A DNA stretch of 32,000 bases from an uncultured Clostridia bacterium (GTDB taxonomy: Bacteria > Bacillota_I > Bacilli_A > RF39 > UBA660), in assembly GCA_946409545.1 (NCBI GenBank), contig CAMJWT010000002.1:94491-126490 (forward strand), read 5' to 3'. The notes below the pieces were generated by a model that did not search any database, was not told the origin of the DNA, and was given only the letters and a program-made list of their open reading frames with translations. A program made the translations under genes and the position numbers. Positions 15,789 through 23,372 of the stretch are shown here, piece after piece. How positions within the stretch are numbered: the stretch's first letter is position 1; every line of letters starts with the position of its first letter.

Positions 15789-17840
15789 ATGAGAGAAAAA
15801 GAATTAATAAAGACTATTAGAGATGATCCTTTTATTGATGCTGATGAATTAATTGATATTATTAATGATCCAGGTGTAACGCCAAATGTATTAAAAGTAA
15901 TTATCGATGAAAATAATACTGCTATGGTTCGTTATGCTATTTTGAAATGCAATGTTCTTGATGAAGATACCCTTATATATTTGATTAAAAAAACGAGAAG
16001 TGATGCGAGTGAAAGAATGATTCGCGCTATTATTGAATGTGAAAAAATGACACCACTTGCTTTAAGATACGCATGCAATATGGTAAATTATAGTATTTGG
16101 AGTTGGAGTGATGTTATAATGGGATCACCTGGTTTTGATGAATCAGTTGCTCTTGAATTAATTAACTTATTTGTCAAACATGAACAGCCATCACGATGTT
16201 CTGAATTATTTATGCAATTAGTAGATGATCCAGTATGCACTAAAAATATTTTATTAGAAATTATTAATAAAACGAATTCTACTAGGGTAATAAATAAAAT
16301 CTTGGATAGTCCTTTAGCTGATTTAAGTATTAAAGTTGAATTAGTTCTAAAGAAAAAACTTTTATCATCTGAGGATATTGATAATATTTTTAGTACACCT
16401 GGTATTACCTCAGAAATTATATGTAGATTAGTTAGAAAACACAATACAGAAGAAGTTATTAGAAGAGCTTTAACTTTTCCAGGTATAGATAATGAACTAT
16501 ATAAAACGATTGTTAATGCTATTTTCTTTAAAGATGATCCTAGTGATGAAGCAATAATTGATGAATTGCTTACTAGAGATATATCTGATGATGTTCTTTC
16601 GACAATTATTAAAGGGGCAAAAAAAGTCGATATAATTCGCAAAGTAGCAGAACATCCAAATGCTTCTCTTCGAAATGTTCAAGTAATTTTGTTTGATGTT
16701 GAACAATGGAAGGAACCTTATCGCAAACAATTAATAGAAATTGCTAAAAAATTAAAAAATACGATAATTGCTAAAACATATAAAGTAGAAAAAGAAGAAA
16801 ATGTTACCGAAATGCTTCGAGCTAATGTTGAAGATGGATTAACAACAATGTTATGGGGACCATCTGGTGTAGGTAAAAGTAGTCGTGTCTTTGAAGTAGA
16901 CCCAACAGCAACCTTATTAATTTTGAAAAATGGTATGTTATCTGAAGAAGTAATTGGAGGTAGAGAACCAAATGGTCAACCAGGGCAAGTATATCCACCA
17001 CATTGGTATCAAGTTTTATGTGAGAAATGTCGAAAAGAACCTGATAGACAGCATATTTTATTCATTGATGAATTTACAAATGTTACAGATACTATTAAAA
17101 ATCTAGTCTGGGAAATAATTGGTAATAGAATGGTAAATGGAAATGAAGAATGGCCATTACCAGAAAATTGTTCAATTGTTGTTGCGGGTAATAGACCAGA
17201 AGAATCATCTGCTGTTCGAATGGATAGTACTGGTGGCGTTATGCCAGCACCTCTTCATAATAGAATGGATTCCATGATTGAAATTCAATTTGATATTGAT
17301 GAGTGGCAAAAATGGGCTTTAGAAACTGATTATCGAACAGGACATTTACATATTCATCCTATTGTATATTCATTCTGTGTTGCTAATGCGGATAAAGTTA
17401 TGTTTACACAGTATGATTCAGAAGATGTAACAGCGCCATTCTTAACACCAAGAAAATGGGAAACTTTATCAAGAGCTATTTATAAAGCTCAAGATAGAAG
17501 TGGTGAAAATACATTAATAAGTGAAGCCAGAATAAAGAGTATTATTGGTGATAATGATATTAGTAATGCTTTCATTGAACATTATTATCGAATTCCAATT
17601 GATATGAAGAAAATTGAGAATGGTGAATATAAAGAATATGATTTCCCAACTGTTGAAGATAAGCTTTATGCCTTGGGAATTGTAATTGCTAATTATAATG
17701 GTGATGAAATCGCTATTGAAGACTTTATAAGAGAATGCTTAGGTGATGAATACTATGCAATATACGTTAATATGAAAAGAAATAGGCAATCAGTTTTGGA
17801 AACAAGCCAAAATACATCAACAACGGGTAAAACAATATAG
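15789..17840 (+). CDS. Fusion protein: N-terminal alpha-helical repeat (LRV/HEAT-like) region plus C-terminal MoxR/AAA_5-like AAA+ ATPase
   Basis: The AGGTGG SD favours ATG 15789 over track start 15777. Walker A is LWGPSGVGKS (16857-16880) and Walker B is ILFIDEF (17055-17075). Sensor-1 is VVAGNRP and an Arg-finger-like region is APLHNRMDSMIEI. The N-terminal 330 aa or so contain repeated units of roughly 30 aa, such as DPGVTPNVLKVII...VRYAIL, SPGFDESVALELI, TPGITSEIICRLV, FPGIDNELYKTIV and HPNASLRNVQVIL. Confidence 0.8.
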   Translation: MREKELIKTIRDDPFIDADELIDIINDPGVTPNVLKVIIDENNTAMVRYAILKCNVLDEDTLIYLIKKTRSDASERMIRAIIECEKMTPLALRYACNMVNYSIWSWSDVIMGSPGFDESVALELINLFVKHEQPSRCSELFMQLVDDPVCTKNILLEIINKTNSTRVINKILDSPLADLSIKVELVLKKKLLSSEDIDNIFSTPGITSEIICRLVRKHNTEEVIRRALTFPGIDNELYKTIVNAIFFKDDPSDEAIIDELLTRDISDDVLSTIIKGAKKVDIIRKVAEHPNASLRNVQVILFDVEQWKEPYRKQLIEIAKKLKNTIIAKTYKVEKEENVTEMLRANVEDGLTTMLWGPSGVGKSSRVFEVDPTATLLILKNGMLSEEVIGGREPNGQPGQVYPPHWYQVLCEKCRKEPDRQHILFIDEFTNVTDTIKNLVWEIIGNRMVNGNEEWPLPENCSIVVAGNRPEESSAVRMDSTGGVMPAPLHNRMDSMIEIQFDIDEWQKWALETDYRTGHLHIHPIVYSFCVANADKVMFTQYDSEDVTAPFLTPRKWETLSRAIYKAQDRSGENTLISEARIKSIIGDNDISNAFIEHYYRIPIDMKKIENGEYKEYDFPTVEDKLYALGIVIANYNGDEIAIEDFIRECLGDEYYAIYVNMKRNRQSVLETSQNTSTTGKTI

Positions 17841-17854
17841 GAGGAGATGATAAT

Positions 17855-18250
17855 ATGGAAAAAGATAATGGAATGAATTCAATAAAGGAAGCTTTAGTTG
17901 ATTATTCTGATCCTATTTATATTGTTGGTGATATGAAAAAGAGTATATCACCATCAGTTGTTACAATTTCTGCAACAATGCCTAAAGAAGAATTAATAAT
18001 TAAAAATAATGAATATCCAATTTGGTATTTAAAAGTATTAAGAAATTCATATAAAGGTAATAGTATTTTATGTATAAGAGATTTTGACAAGATATCTATT
18101 GAGGAACAAAAATTATTTTTAGATATTATTAGTAAGCAATATTTCTCTAGTGAAAAATTGCCACCTAATTTAAAGATAATTATTCAATCAGAAACTCCAT
18201 GTCAATTGTTACCAGAAATCGAAGAAGTAATTCAATACTATAAGGTTTAG
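17855..18250 (+). CDS. Small protein resembling a degenerate AAA+ core, paralogous to the preceding ATPase domain
   Basis: GGAGGAG SD. The product is collinear with the upstream ATPase core: YPIWYLKVL...ILCIRDFDKISIEEQKLFLDIIS...LPPNLKIIIQSETP versus PPHWYQVL...ILFIDEFTNVTDTIKNLVWEII...LPENCSIVVAGNRP. The P-loop position reads IVGDMKKS instead of GPSGVGKS. Confidence 0.6.
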   Translation: MEKDNGMNSIKEALVDYSDPIYIVGDMKKSISPSVVTISATMPKEELIIKNNEYPIWYLKVLRNSYKGNSILCIRDFDKISIEEQKLFLDIISKQYFSSEKLPPNLKIIIQSETPCQLLPEIEEVIQYYKV

Positions 18251-18260
18251 AGGTATTATT

Positions 18261-19892
18261 ATGACTGTTGAAGATTTAGAAAGAGTAAAACGATCAGTTA
18301 TAAGGCGTTATCCTATTTCAGCAGGCTTAGCTCTACAAGGTGTAAATATTGAACTGTCAAAAACGATTGATACAGCAGCTGTTGTTGGTAAAAAAAATGA
18401 TCAAGGAGTAATTGAAGTTGATAAACTTTTAGTAAACCCTGATTTTATGGATCGATTATCGTTTAGTGAAAGAGTATTTGTACTGGCTCATGAAGCCTTA
18501 CATATTGCTTTAAAACACTTTGCAAGATCTAAAGAAAAACCAGAAGCGGACGCTGAAAGAGAATATGAAGAGTATTGTGAAAGAGAACAAGATGAAGCGA
18601 AGCGACAAGCTAAAAAAGCATATCTTCATAGTCATTATCAAAGATTATGGAATATTGCCACTGATGCCTGTATTAATGCTTTCTTAAAAAGAGATGGTTT
18701 TACTTTTCCAGAGAATGTTCCTAATCCTAAAACAGGAAAGCCAATGCAATTTATTGATATGAAAGATGGTCTTGTTCGAAGTGCTGAAAAAATATATGAT
18801 GCCCTAGTTAAAAAAGAAAAAAAAGAAAAAGAAGAAAAAGAAAAGGAAAAGCAAAAACAAAAAGATTTAGATAAAGATCAACAAGAAAATAATAATCAAC
18901 AACCTAGTGATCCAGATCAAAATAATCAAGAACAACAAAATAATAATGATAATCAACAACAAAATCATGAATCTGATGAAGATGATACATCATTAGGGGA
19001 ATTACCAGATCCAGATGATTATGATGGATTTGATTCTCATGAACATTGGACTAATGATGATGTTAAAAGTGATTCAAAAGATAGTGGAGAGACGAAAAAA
19101 CAAGATGCATCCCAAGAAAAATCCCAATCTAAAGCTAAACCAGAACCTGTTGATGAAGAAGATATCTTAGAGAAAGAACTAGAAAAAAGAGAAAAGAAGG
19201 ATACTTCTGAAGAAGAAAAGAAAAATCCCTTTTCTAGTCTTCGTTCAAAATTAGGTATTCCTGATGTTAAAGGTTTTAAACCTGTTTTATCTTGGAAAAG
19301 AGTTCTTGCTGGTACCCAAGAAAGAATTGTTGAAAAATGGAGTACCAGAAGATCATCAAGATTTAATCCTAATCCAAGAGTTGAAGAAATGACTGAAGAA
19401 ACTGGTGTTTCAGTTGAAGTAATATTAGATGTTTCAGGTTCAATATCTGTTGAATTATTAAGAGGATTTTTATTACAATTATATCCAATATTTGAAACAT
19501 TATATGGAACGGGAAATGTTAGTTTAAAAGTTGGAACCTTCTCTACAAAATTCTCAGGATTTCAAGTTATAAAAAATAGAGAAGATATTGCTAGTTATGA
19601 TCCAGAAATTGGTGGTTGGACAAATTATGAAGTTGCAGCAACATCATTTTCACAAAATAGAGGGGATAGAGCTGTAAAGATTGTCTTCACTGATGGAGTT
19701 CTTGATGGAAAGCCAGAACATAAACAACGAACAAGAGTATCGGATATTATTTGGATTGTTTTTGGGGATAGAATGAATTTTACTCCACTTGGAGGAAGAA
19801 TTATTCGTGTTAGTGAAAAAGAATATAATGACATGATTGCTAGTGGACTAGTATATCAAAGTGATGATGGATATCATACTAGTCGCATATAA
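18261..19892 (+). CDS. HExxH metallopeptidase-like domain (DUF2201_N-like) + disordered acidic/QN-rich linker + C-terminal vWA-like domain (DUF2201-like)
   Basis: VLAHEALHIALKH (HEALH at nt 18489-18503) followed by WNIATDACINAF. A low-complexity linker spans roughly aa 183-330. The C-terminal MIDAS is VILDVSGSIS (nt 19428-19442) plus VFTDGVLDG. Confidence 0.75.
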   Translation: MTVEDLERVKRSVIRRYPISAGLALQGVNIELSKTIDTAAVVGKKNDQGVIEVDKLLVNPDFMDRLSFSERVFVLAHEALHIALKHFARSKEKPEADAEREYEEYCEREQDEAKRQAKKAYLHSHYQRLWNIATDACINAFLKRDGFTFPENVPNPKTGKPMQFIDMKDGLVRSAEKIYDALVKKEKKEKEEKEKEKQKQKDLDKDQQENNNQQPSDPDQNNQEQQNNNDNQQQNHESDEDDTSLGELPDPDDYDGFDSHEHWTNDDVKSDSKDSGETKKQDASQEKSQSKAKPEPVDEEDILEKELEKREKKDTSEEEKKNPFSSLRSKLGIPDVKGFKPVLSWKRVLAGTQERIVEKWSTRRSSRFNPNPRVEEMTEETGVSVEVILDVSGSISVELLRGFLLQLYPIFETLYGTGNVSLKVGTFSTKFSGFQVIKNREDIASYDPEIGGWTNYEVAATSFSQNRGDRAVKIVFTDGVLDGKPEHKQRTRVSDIIWIVFGDRMNFTPLGGRIIRVSEKEYNDMIASGLVYQSDDGYHTSRI

Positions 19893-19912
19893 TATAATGA
19901 AAGGTGAAATAA

Positions 19913-20503
19913 ATGAAAAAAATAGATGAGTTACATTGTCCCAATTGTGGAGCTCCTGTTACTACGGAAATATGTCCTTATTGCAAAGTAAGAACTGGTC
20001 TTGATACCAAAGATGCAGATATGGAATATCCTGTAATTGATTGTAAAGAAGCCATTTTAAATTTTTGGAATACAATATTTCCTGGTATTTTTGCTTTTGG
20101 ATTTGGTTTATCAGGAATAACAAGTTATTTTATGTTAAATAGTTTTGAAAAAAACTTTGATAGTTTTATGTCAGGTTTTAAATTTTTTCCAATTCCTTTT
20201 ATAACAATTGGTTTAATAGCATTCATCATTGTTATTGTTCATTTAAGACGTTACTTCTTAGTTAAATCTTTTGGTAAAGAAATTAAAGCTACGGTCTACG
20301 GATATATGGATGATAATTTGTATATTAATGGAAACCCTGCCCAAATTGTAAAATTACTTGTTGATACTAATGAAGGTAAAAGATTCATTTTATATCAATT
20401 AAAAGATATCAAGAAACCTTATAAAGTTAATAGTACAATCGATTTAGTTGTATATAAGAATTATTTCTTGATTTCTAAAAAAAATAAGAATTATTTTAAT
20501 TAG
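19913..20503 (+). CDS. Zn-ribbon membrane protein (N-terminal CxxC...CxxC, 2-3 TM helices, C-terminal beta-rich DUF3592-like module)
   Basis: CPNCGAPVTTEICPYC (nt 19937-19984). Hydrophobic segments are IFPGIFAFGFGLSGITSYFML and FFPIPFITIGLIAFIIVIVHL. The C-terminal KATVYGYMDD...PAQIVKLLVDT...RFILYQL resembles DUF3592. Confidence 0.65.
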   Translation: MKKIDELHCPNCGAPVTTEICPYCKVRTGLDTKDADMEYPVIDCKEAILNFWNTIFPGIFAFGFGLSGITSYFMLNSFEKNFDSFMSGFKFFPIPFITIGLIAFIIVIVHLRRYFLVKSFGKEIKATVYGYMDDNLYINGNPAQIVKLLVDTNEGKRFILYQLKDIKKPYKVNSTIDLVVYKNYFLISKKNKNYFN

Positions 20504-20527
20504 ATTGAGTTTATCTCAATCTTTTTT
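20502..20527 (+). terminator. Intrinsic terminator ending the AAA+ operon
   Basis: AGATTGAG-tttat-CTCAATCT hairpin followed by T5. Confidence 0.8.
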
Positions 20528-20553
20528 ATGATACAATATGTTTGGTGATTTTG

Positions 20554-21408
20554 ATGGGAATATTATATGTAATAGGAACCCCTATTGGAAATTTAGATGA
20601 TTTATCAAAAAGAGTTATTGATACTTTTAATAATGTTGATTATATTGCTTGTGAAGATACAAGAAATTCTATAAATTTATTAAGATATCTTGGTATTAAT
20701 AAAAAGTTAGTAGCTTATCATAAATTTAATGAAAAAGGTAAAAGTAATACGATTATTGAAGATCTTAAAGCTGGTATGAATATTGGTCTTATTAGTGATG
20801 CAGGATGCCCTTGTATATCAGATCCAGGTAGTATTTTAGTTCATGAAGCAATTGAAAATAATATTGAAGTAATAAGTATACCAGGACCAAGTGCTGTTAT
20901 TACATCACTTATGAGTAGTGGTATGAATACTGATTCATTTACTTTTTATGGATTCTTCCCAAGAGAAAATAAAGAGATAATTAATCTATGTAAAAGAATT
21001 AAGACAGATTATAGTACATTAGGTATTATTTATGAGTCACCTAAAAGAATAATGAAGACTCTTGAATCTTTATTAAATAATATTGGTGATATTAATATTT
21101 GTTTATCAAATGATTTAACGAAGAAATTTGAAAAGAAATATTATGGAACAATTACTAATGTAATTTCTGAGTTAAAGAATAATCCTAATTATGAAAAAGG
21201 AGAATATGTTCTTATCATTGAAAGTATTAAAGAAGAAGTTAATAGTTGTAAAGTAGGTATAGAATCAATGATAGTTGACGAAATGATAAATAATAATTGT
21301 AGTATTAAAGAAGCAATTAAATATGTTTGTGATAAATATAATTTACCAAAGAATGATGTTTATAATGCATCATTAAAGTTAAAAGAGATATTTGTCAATC
21401 AAAAATAA
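20554..21408 (+). CDS. rsmI: 16S rRNA (cytidine1402-2'-O)-methyltransferase RsmI
   Basis: GILYVIGTPIGNLDDLSKR, ACEDTR, SDAGCPCISDPG and YESPKR are hallmark RsmI (tetrapyrrole-methylase fold) motifs. ATG 20554 with a GGTGA SD is preferred over TTG 20542. An extended -10 element, TGaTACAAT, lies at 20529-20537. Confidence 0.9.
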   Translation: MGILYVIGTPIGNLDDLSKRVIDTFNNVDYIACEDTRNSINLLRYLGINKKLVAYHKFNEKGKSNTIIEDLKAGMNIGLISDAGCPCISDPGSILVHEAIENNIEVISIPGPSAVITSLMSSGMNTDSFTFYGFFPRENKEIINLCKRIKTDYSTLGIIYESPKRIMKTLESLLNNIGDINICLSNDLTKKFEKKYYGTITNVISELKNNPNYEKGEYVLIIESIKEEVNSCKVGIESMIVDEMINNNCSIKEAIKYVCDKYNLPKNDVYNASLKLKEIFVNQK

Positions 21409-21459
21409 AGTTTACAAAAAAGACTACATTTTAAAATAAAAGTGTGTTATATTAAAGTT

Positions 21460-21643
21460 GTCTAGAAGATATGAAAGTCTCTATGTTATAAAACCGACTG
21501 AATTTTATAAGGGAGTCAGGAACGATTAATCTGTGTTGAATACTTAGTGTGAGTTCCTAAGGATCCTAAGGATTAAGTATGGACACCCACCTGCGTAGCG
21601 CGGGTTTTAGTAAACTGGCTTTCGATTTTCTGGATTTTTTTTT
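21460..21643 (+). ncRNA. Structured RNA of about 185 nt with a long 5'/3' closing helix, a large internal bubble and a U-tail; 6S RNA (ssrS)-like candidate, identity unconfirmed
   Basis: This is the only GC-enriched intergenic stretch in the window. 21462-21479 (CTAGAAGATATGAAAGTC) pairs with 21617-21633 (GGCTTTCGATTTTCTGG). 21489-21495 (TAAAACC) pairs with 21603-21609 (GGTTTTA). 21511-21517 (GGGAGTC) pairs with 21582-21588 (GACACCC). 21526-21531 (TTAATC) pairs with 21571-21576 (GATTAA). Unpaired stretches of about 15 and 13 nt lie between helices 2 and 3. T9 at 21635-21643. An extended -10 element, TGtTATATT, lies at 21445-21453. Confidence 0.5.
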
Positions 21644-21661
21644 ATAACTTGGAGGTAGTGT

Positions 21662-22867
21662 ATGAAAAAGAGAGTAATTATCTTTATCTTAATTATTATC
21701 GTTTTAATACCTATCTTTTTCTTTGGCTATAAAATGTATCAAAATTATCAAGAAGAAATGAAAATTAAGAATGCCAAAATTGTCGTTGATTTAAAAGGCA
21801 ATTTAAAAATACGTTATGATGAAAAAGTTAAAATAAGTGATTTAATTGAAAATATAAATGGAAAAATAATCGATGATAAAGTTTTAGATACTAAAGATCT
21901 TGGTAAAAAAACGATTGAATTTAAGTATATTAATGAAGAAGAGATAACAATTCCTTATACAATCGAATATGAAGTTATTGATAATGTTCCACCGATTATC
22001 TGGCTTTCTGATACTTATTCTATTAAAGTAGGCACTAAAGGTGATTTAGAAACAATGATTATGTCAGGAGATTATTATGATGATAATCCTAAAAGAGAAG
22101 TTATTGGTGAATATGATTTAAATAAAATTGGTAATTATAAATTAACATATCGTATTGTTGATAAAAGTGGCAATGAAACGAAAAAAGATTTTACTTTAAA
22201 AGTACATAATAATCCTAGTAACTACAAAGTAAATAAAAAGAATTTTTTTGATTTAAAGAAAAAATATAAAAATGATAAAACATTAATAGGACTTGATGTA
22301 TCTAAGTGGCAAGGTAATATTGATTATTCTATGGTTGCCAATAGTGGTATTGATTTTGTTATGATTAAATTAGGAGGAACAAGTGGTATTGGTGGAGAAT
22401 ACTATGTTGATCCAAAGTTTAAAGATAATATTGAAGGATTTCAAGAACAAGGAATAGAAGTAGGAGTATATTTCTATTCATATGCAAAAAGTATAGAAGA
22501 AGCGAAAAGAGAAGCTGGTTTTGTTCTTTCACAAATTAAAGATTATAATATAACGTTTCCAATTGCCTTTGATTGGGAAAACTGGAGTAGTTTTAATAAA
22601 TTTAATATAAGTTTTAAAACTTTATCAGAAACCGCAAATGCTTTTATTGAAACAGTAGAAGAATCTGGATACATTGGTCTTCTTTATAGTAGTAAAAATT
22701 ATTTAGAGAAAATATGGGATACCATGGATAATCCTATTTGGCTTGCCCATTACACTGATAAAACAGACTATAAAGGAGATTATCTAATGTGGCAATTAAC
22801 TAGCGGAGGAGTAATCCCAGGCATTACCGAAAATACAGTTGATGTTGATATTATGTATTTAAAATAG
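21662..22867 (+). CDS. Membrane-anchored GH25 muramidase (lysozyme) with an Ig-like (DUF5011-like) middle domain
   Basis: TM helix VIIFILIIIVLIPIFFF. The GH25 signature is GLDVSKWQGNIDYSMVANSGIDFVMIKLG...GVYFYSYA...PIAFDWE. The middle region (VIDNVPPII...YKLTYRIVDKSGNETKKDFTLKV) resembles DUF5011. Confidence 0.8.
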   Translation: MKKRVIIFILIIIVLIPIFFFGYKMYQNYQEEMKIKNAKIVVDLKGNLKIRYDEKVKISDLIENINGKIIDDKVLDTKDLGKKTIEFKYINEEEITIPYTIEYEVIDNVPPIIWLSDTYSIKVGTKGDLETMIMSGDYYDDNPKREVIGEYDLNKIGNYKLTYRIVDKSGNETKKDFTLKVHNNPSNYKVNKKNFFDLKKKYKNDKTLIGLDVSKWQGNIDYSMVANSGIDFVMIKLGGTSGIGGEYYVDPKFKDNIEGFQEQGIEVGVYFYSYAKSIEEAKREAGFVLSQIKDYNITFPIAFDWENWSSFNKFNISFKTLSETANAFIETVEESGYIGLLYSSKNYLEKIWDTMDNPIWLAHYTDKTDYKGDYLMWQLTSGGVIPGITENTVDVDIMYLK

Positions 22868-22898
22868 TATGATATAATTATATTAAGGAGAGTTATAT

Positions 22899-23285
22899 AT
22901 GTCTTTATTTCGTCATTTTAATACTAGAAATGCTTATACAATAGAAGAATTATTTAACGTATTAAGAAATTATCAATTTTCTGCAGGTGTACCTAGTCTT
23001 GAAAAAGAGGGTGTAAATAATATTATTACTTTTCCCGCTCTTGGCGAGTTTAATCAAGTTCGTATTATGCCTCATGGAGGTAGAGTTGGTAATGATCGAT
23101 TTACAAAATGGACGATTATAAAAGTAGACCATAAAGCAGGCCTTGGTAATTTTGTGAAAAATCGATTTTTAGAAGATATTACTGATGGTTGGACAGGATT
23201 CTTGAGTACTTTTGGTTCAAATGCTAGTGAAGGTTATAAACAGGTAGATGCAGTCCTTGCAGAAATACAATCTTTGAATTTATAA
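22899..23285 (+). CDS. Hypothetical cytoplasmic protein, 128 aa
   Basis: AAGGAGAG SD, and the ORF is followed by a terminator. No motif recognised. Confidence 0.55.
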   Translation: MSLFRHFNTRNAYTIEELFNVLRNYQFSAGVPSLEKEGVNNIITFPALGEFNQVRIMPHGGRVGNDRFTKWTIIKVDHKAGLGNFVKNRFLEDITDGWTGFLSTFGSNASEGYKQVDAVLAEIQSLNL

Positions 23286-23291
23286 ATAATA

Positions 23292-23319
23292 AAAAATTAG
23301 TTTCATAACTAATTTTTTT
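23292..23319 (+). terminator. Intrinsic terminator
   Basis: AAAAATTAGTT-tcat-AACTAATTTTT hairpin with a T-run. Confidence 0.7.
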
Positions 23320-23372
23320 AATTGTTTATAATTTATAGATAAGTTATAATTGTTTATAGTAGGTGATGATAT

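Noticed and set aside
16088-16730. Antisense ORFs of 184 and 77 aa opposite the repeat region of the AAA+ fusion gene.
   Set aside because: They are long only because the sense strand is poor in codons whose complement is a stop. There is no SD or promoter, the products are low-complexity Ser/Leu/Ile-rich, and they overlap a gene with clear motifs.
13445-20527. The vWA/AAA+/radical-SAM block as a prophage remnant or integrative mobile element.
   Set aside because: There are no integrase, recombinase, transposase, tRNA attachment site, flanking direct repeats or phage structural genes in or next to the block. Composition looks like the rest of the window.
21409-21661. A c-di-AMP (ydaO-type) riboswitch or T-box leader controlling the downstream muramidase gene.
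   Set aside because: Cell-wall hydrolase genes are often preceded by ydaO, and ACCTGCGTAGCG faintly resembles the ACCUCGUAAGCG element. However, the GGGGA..CCCA and GGGGUGAAUC cores are missing. There is no T-box AGGGUGGNACCGCG on the + strand. The 5' and 3' ends pair with each other and end in a T9 run before the SD, which fits a stand-alone RNA better. cmscan is needed to settle this.
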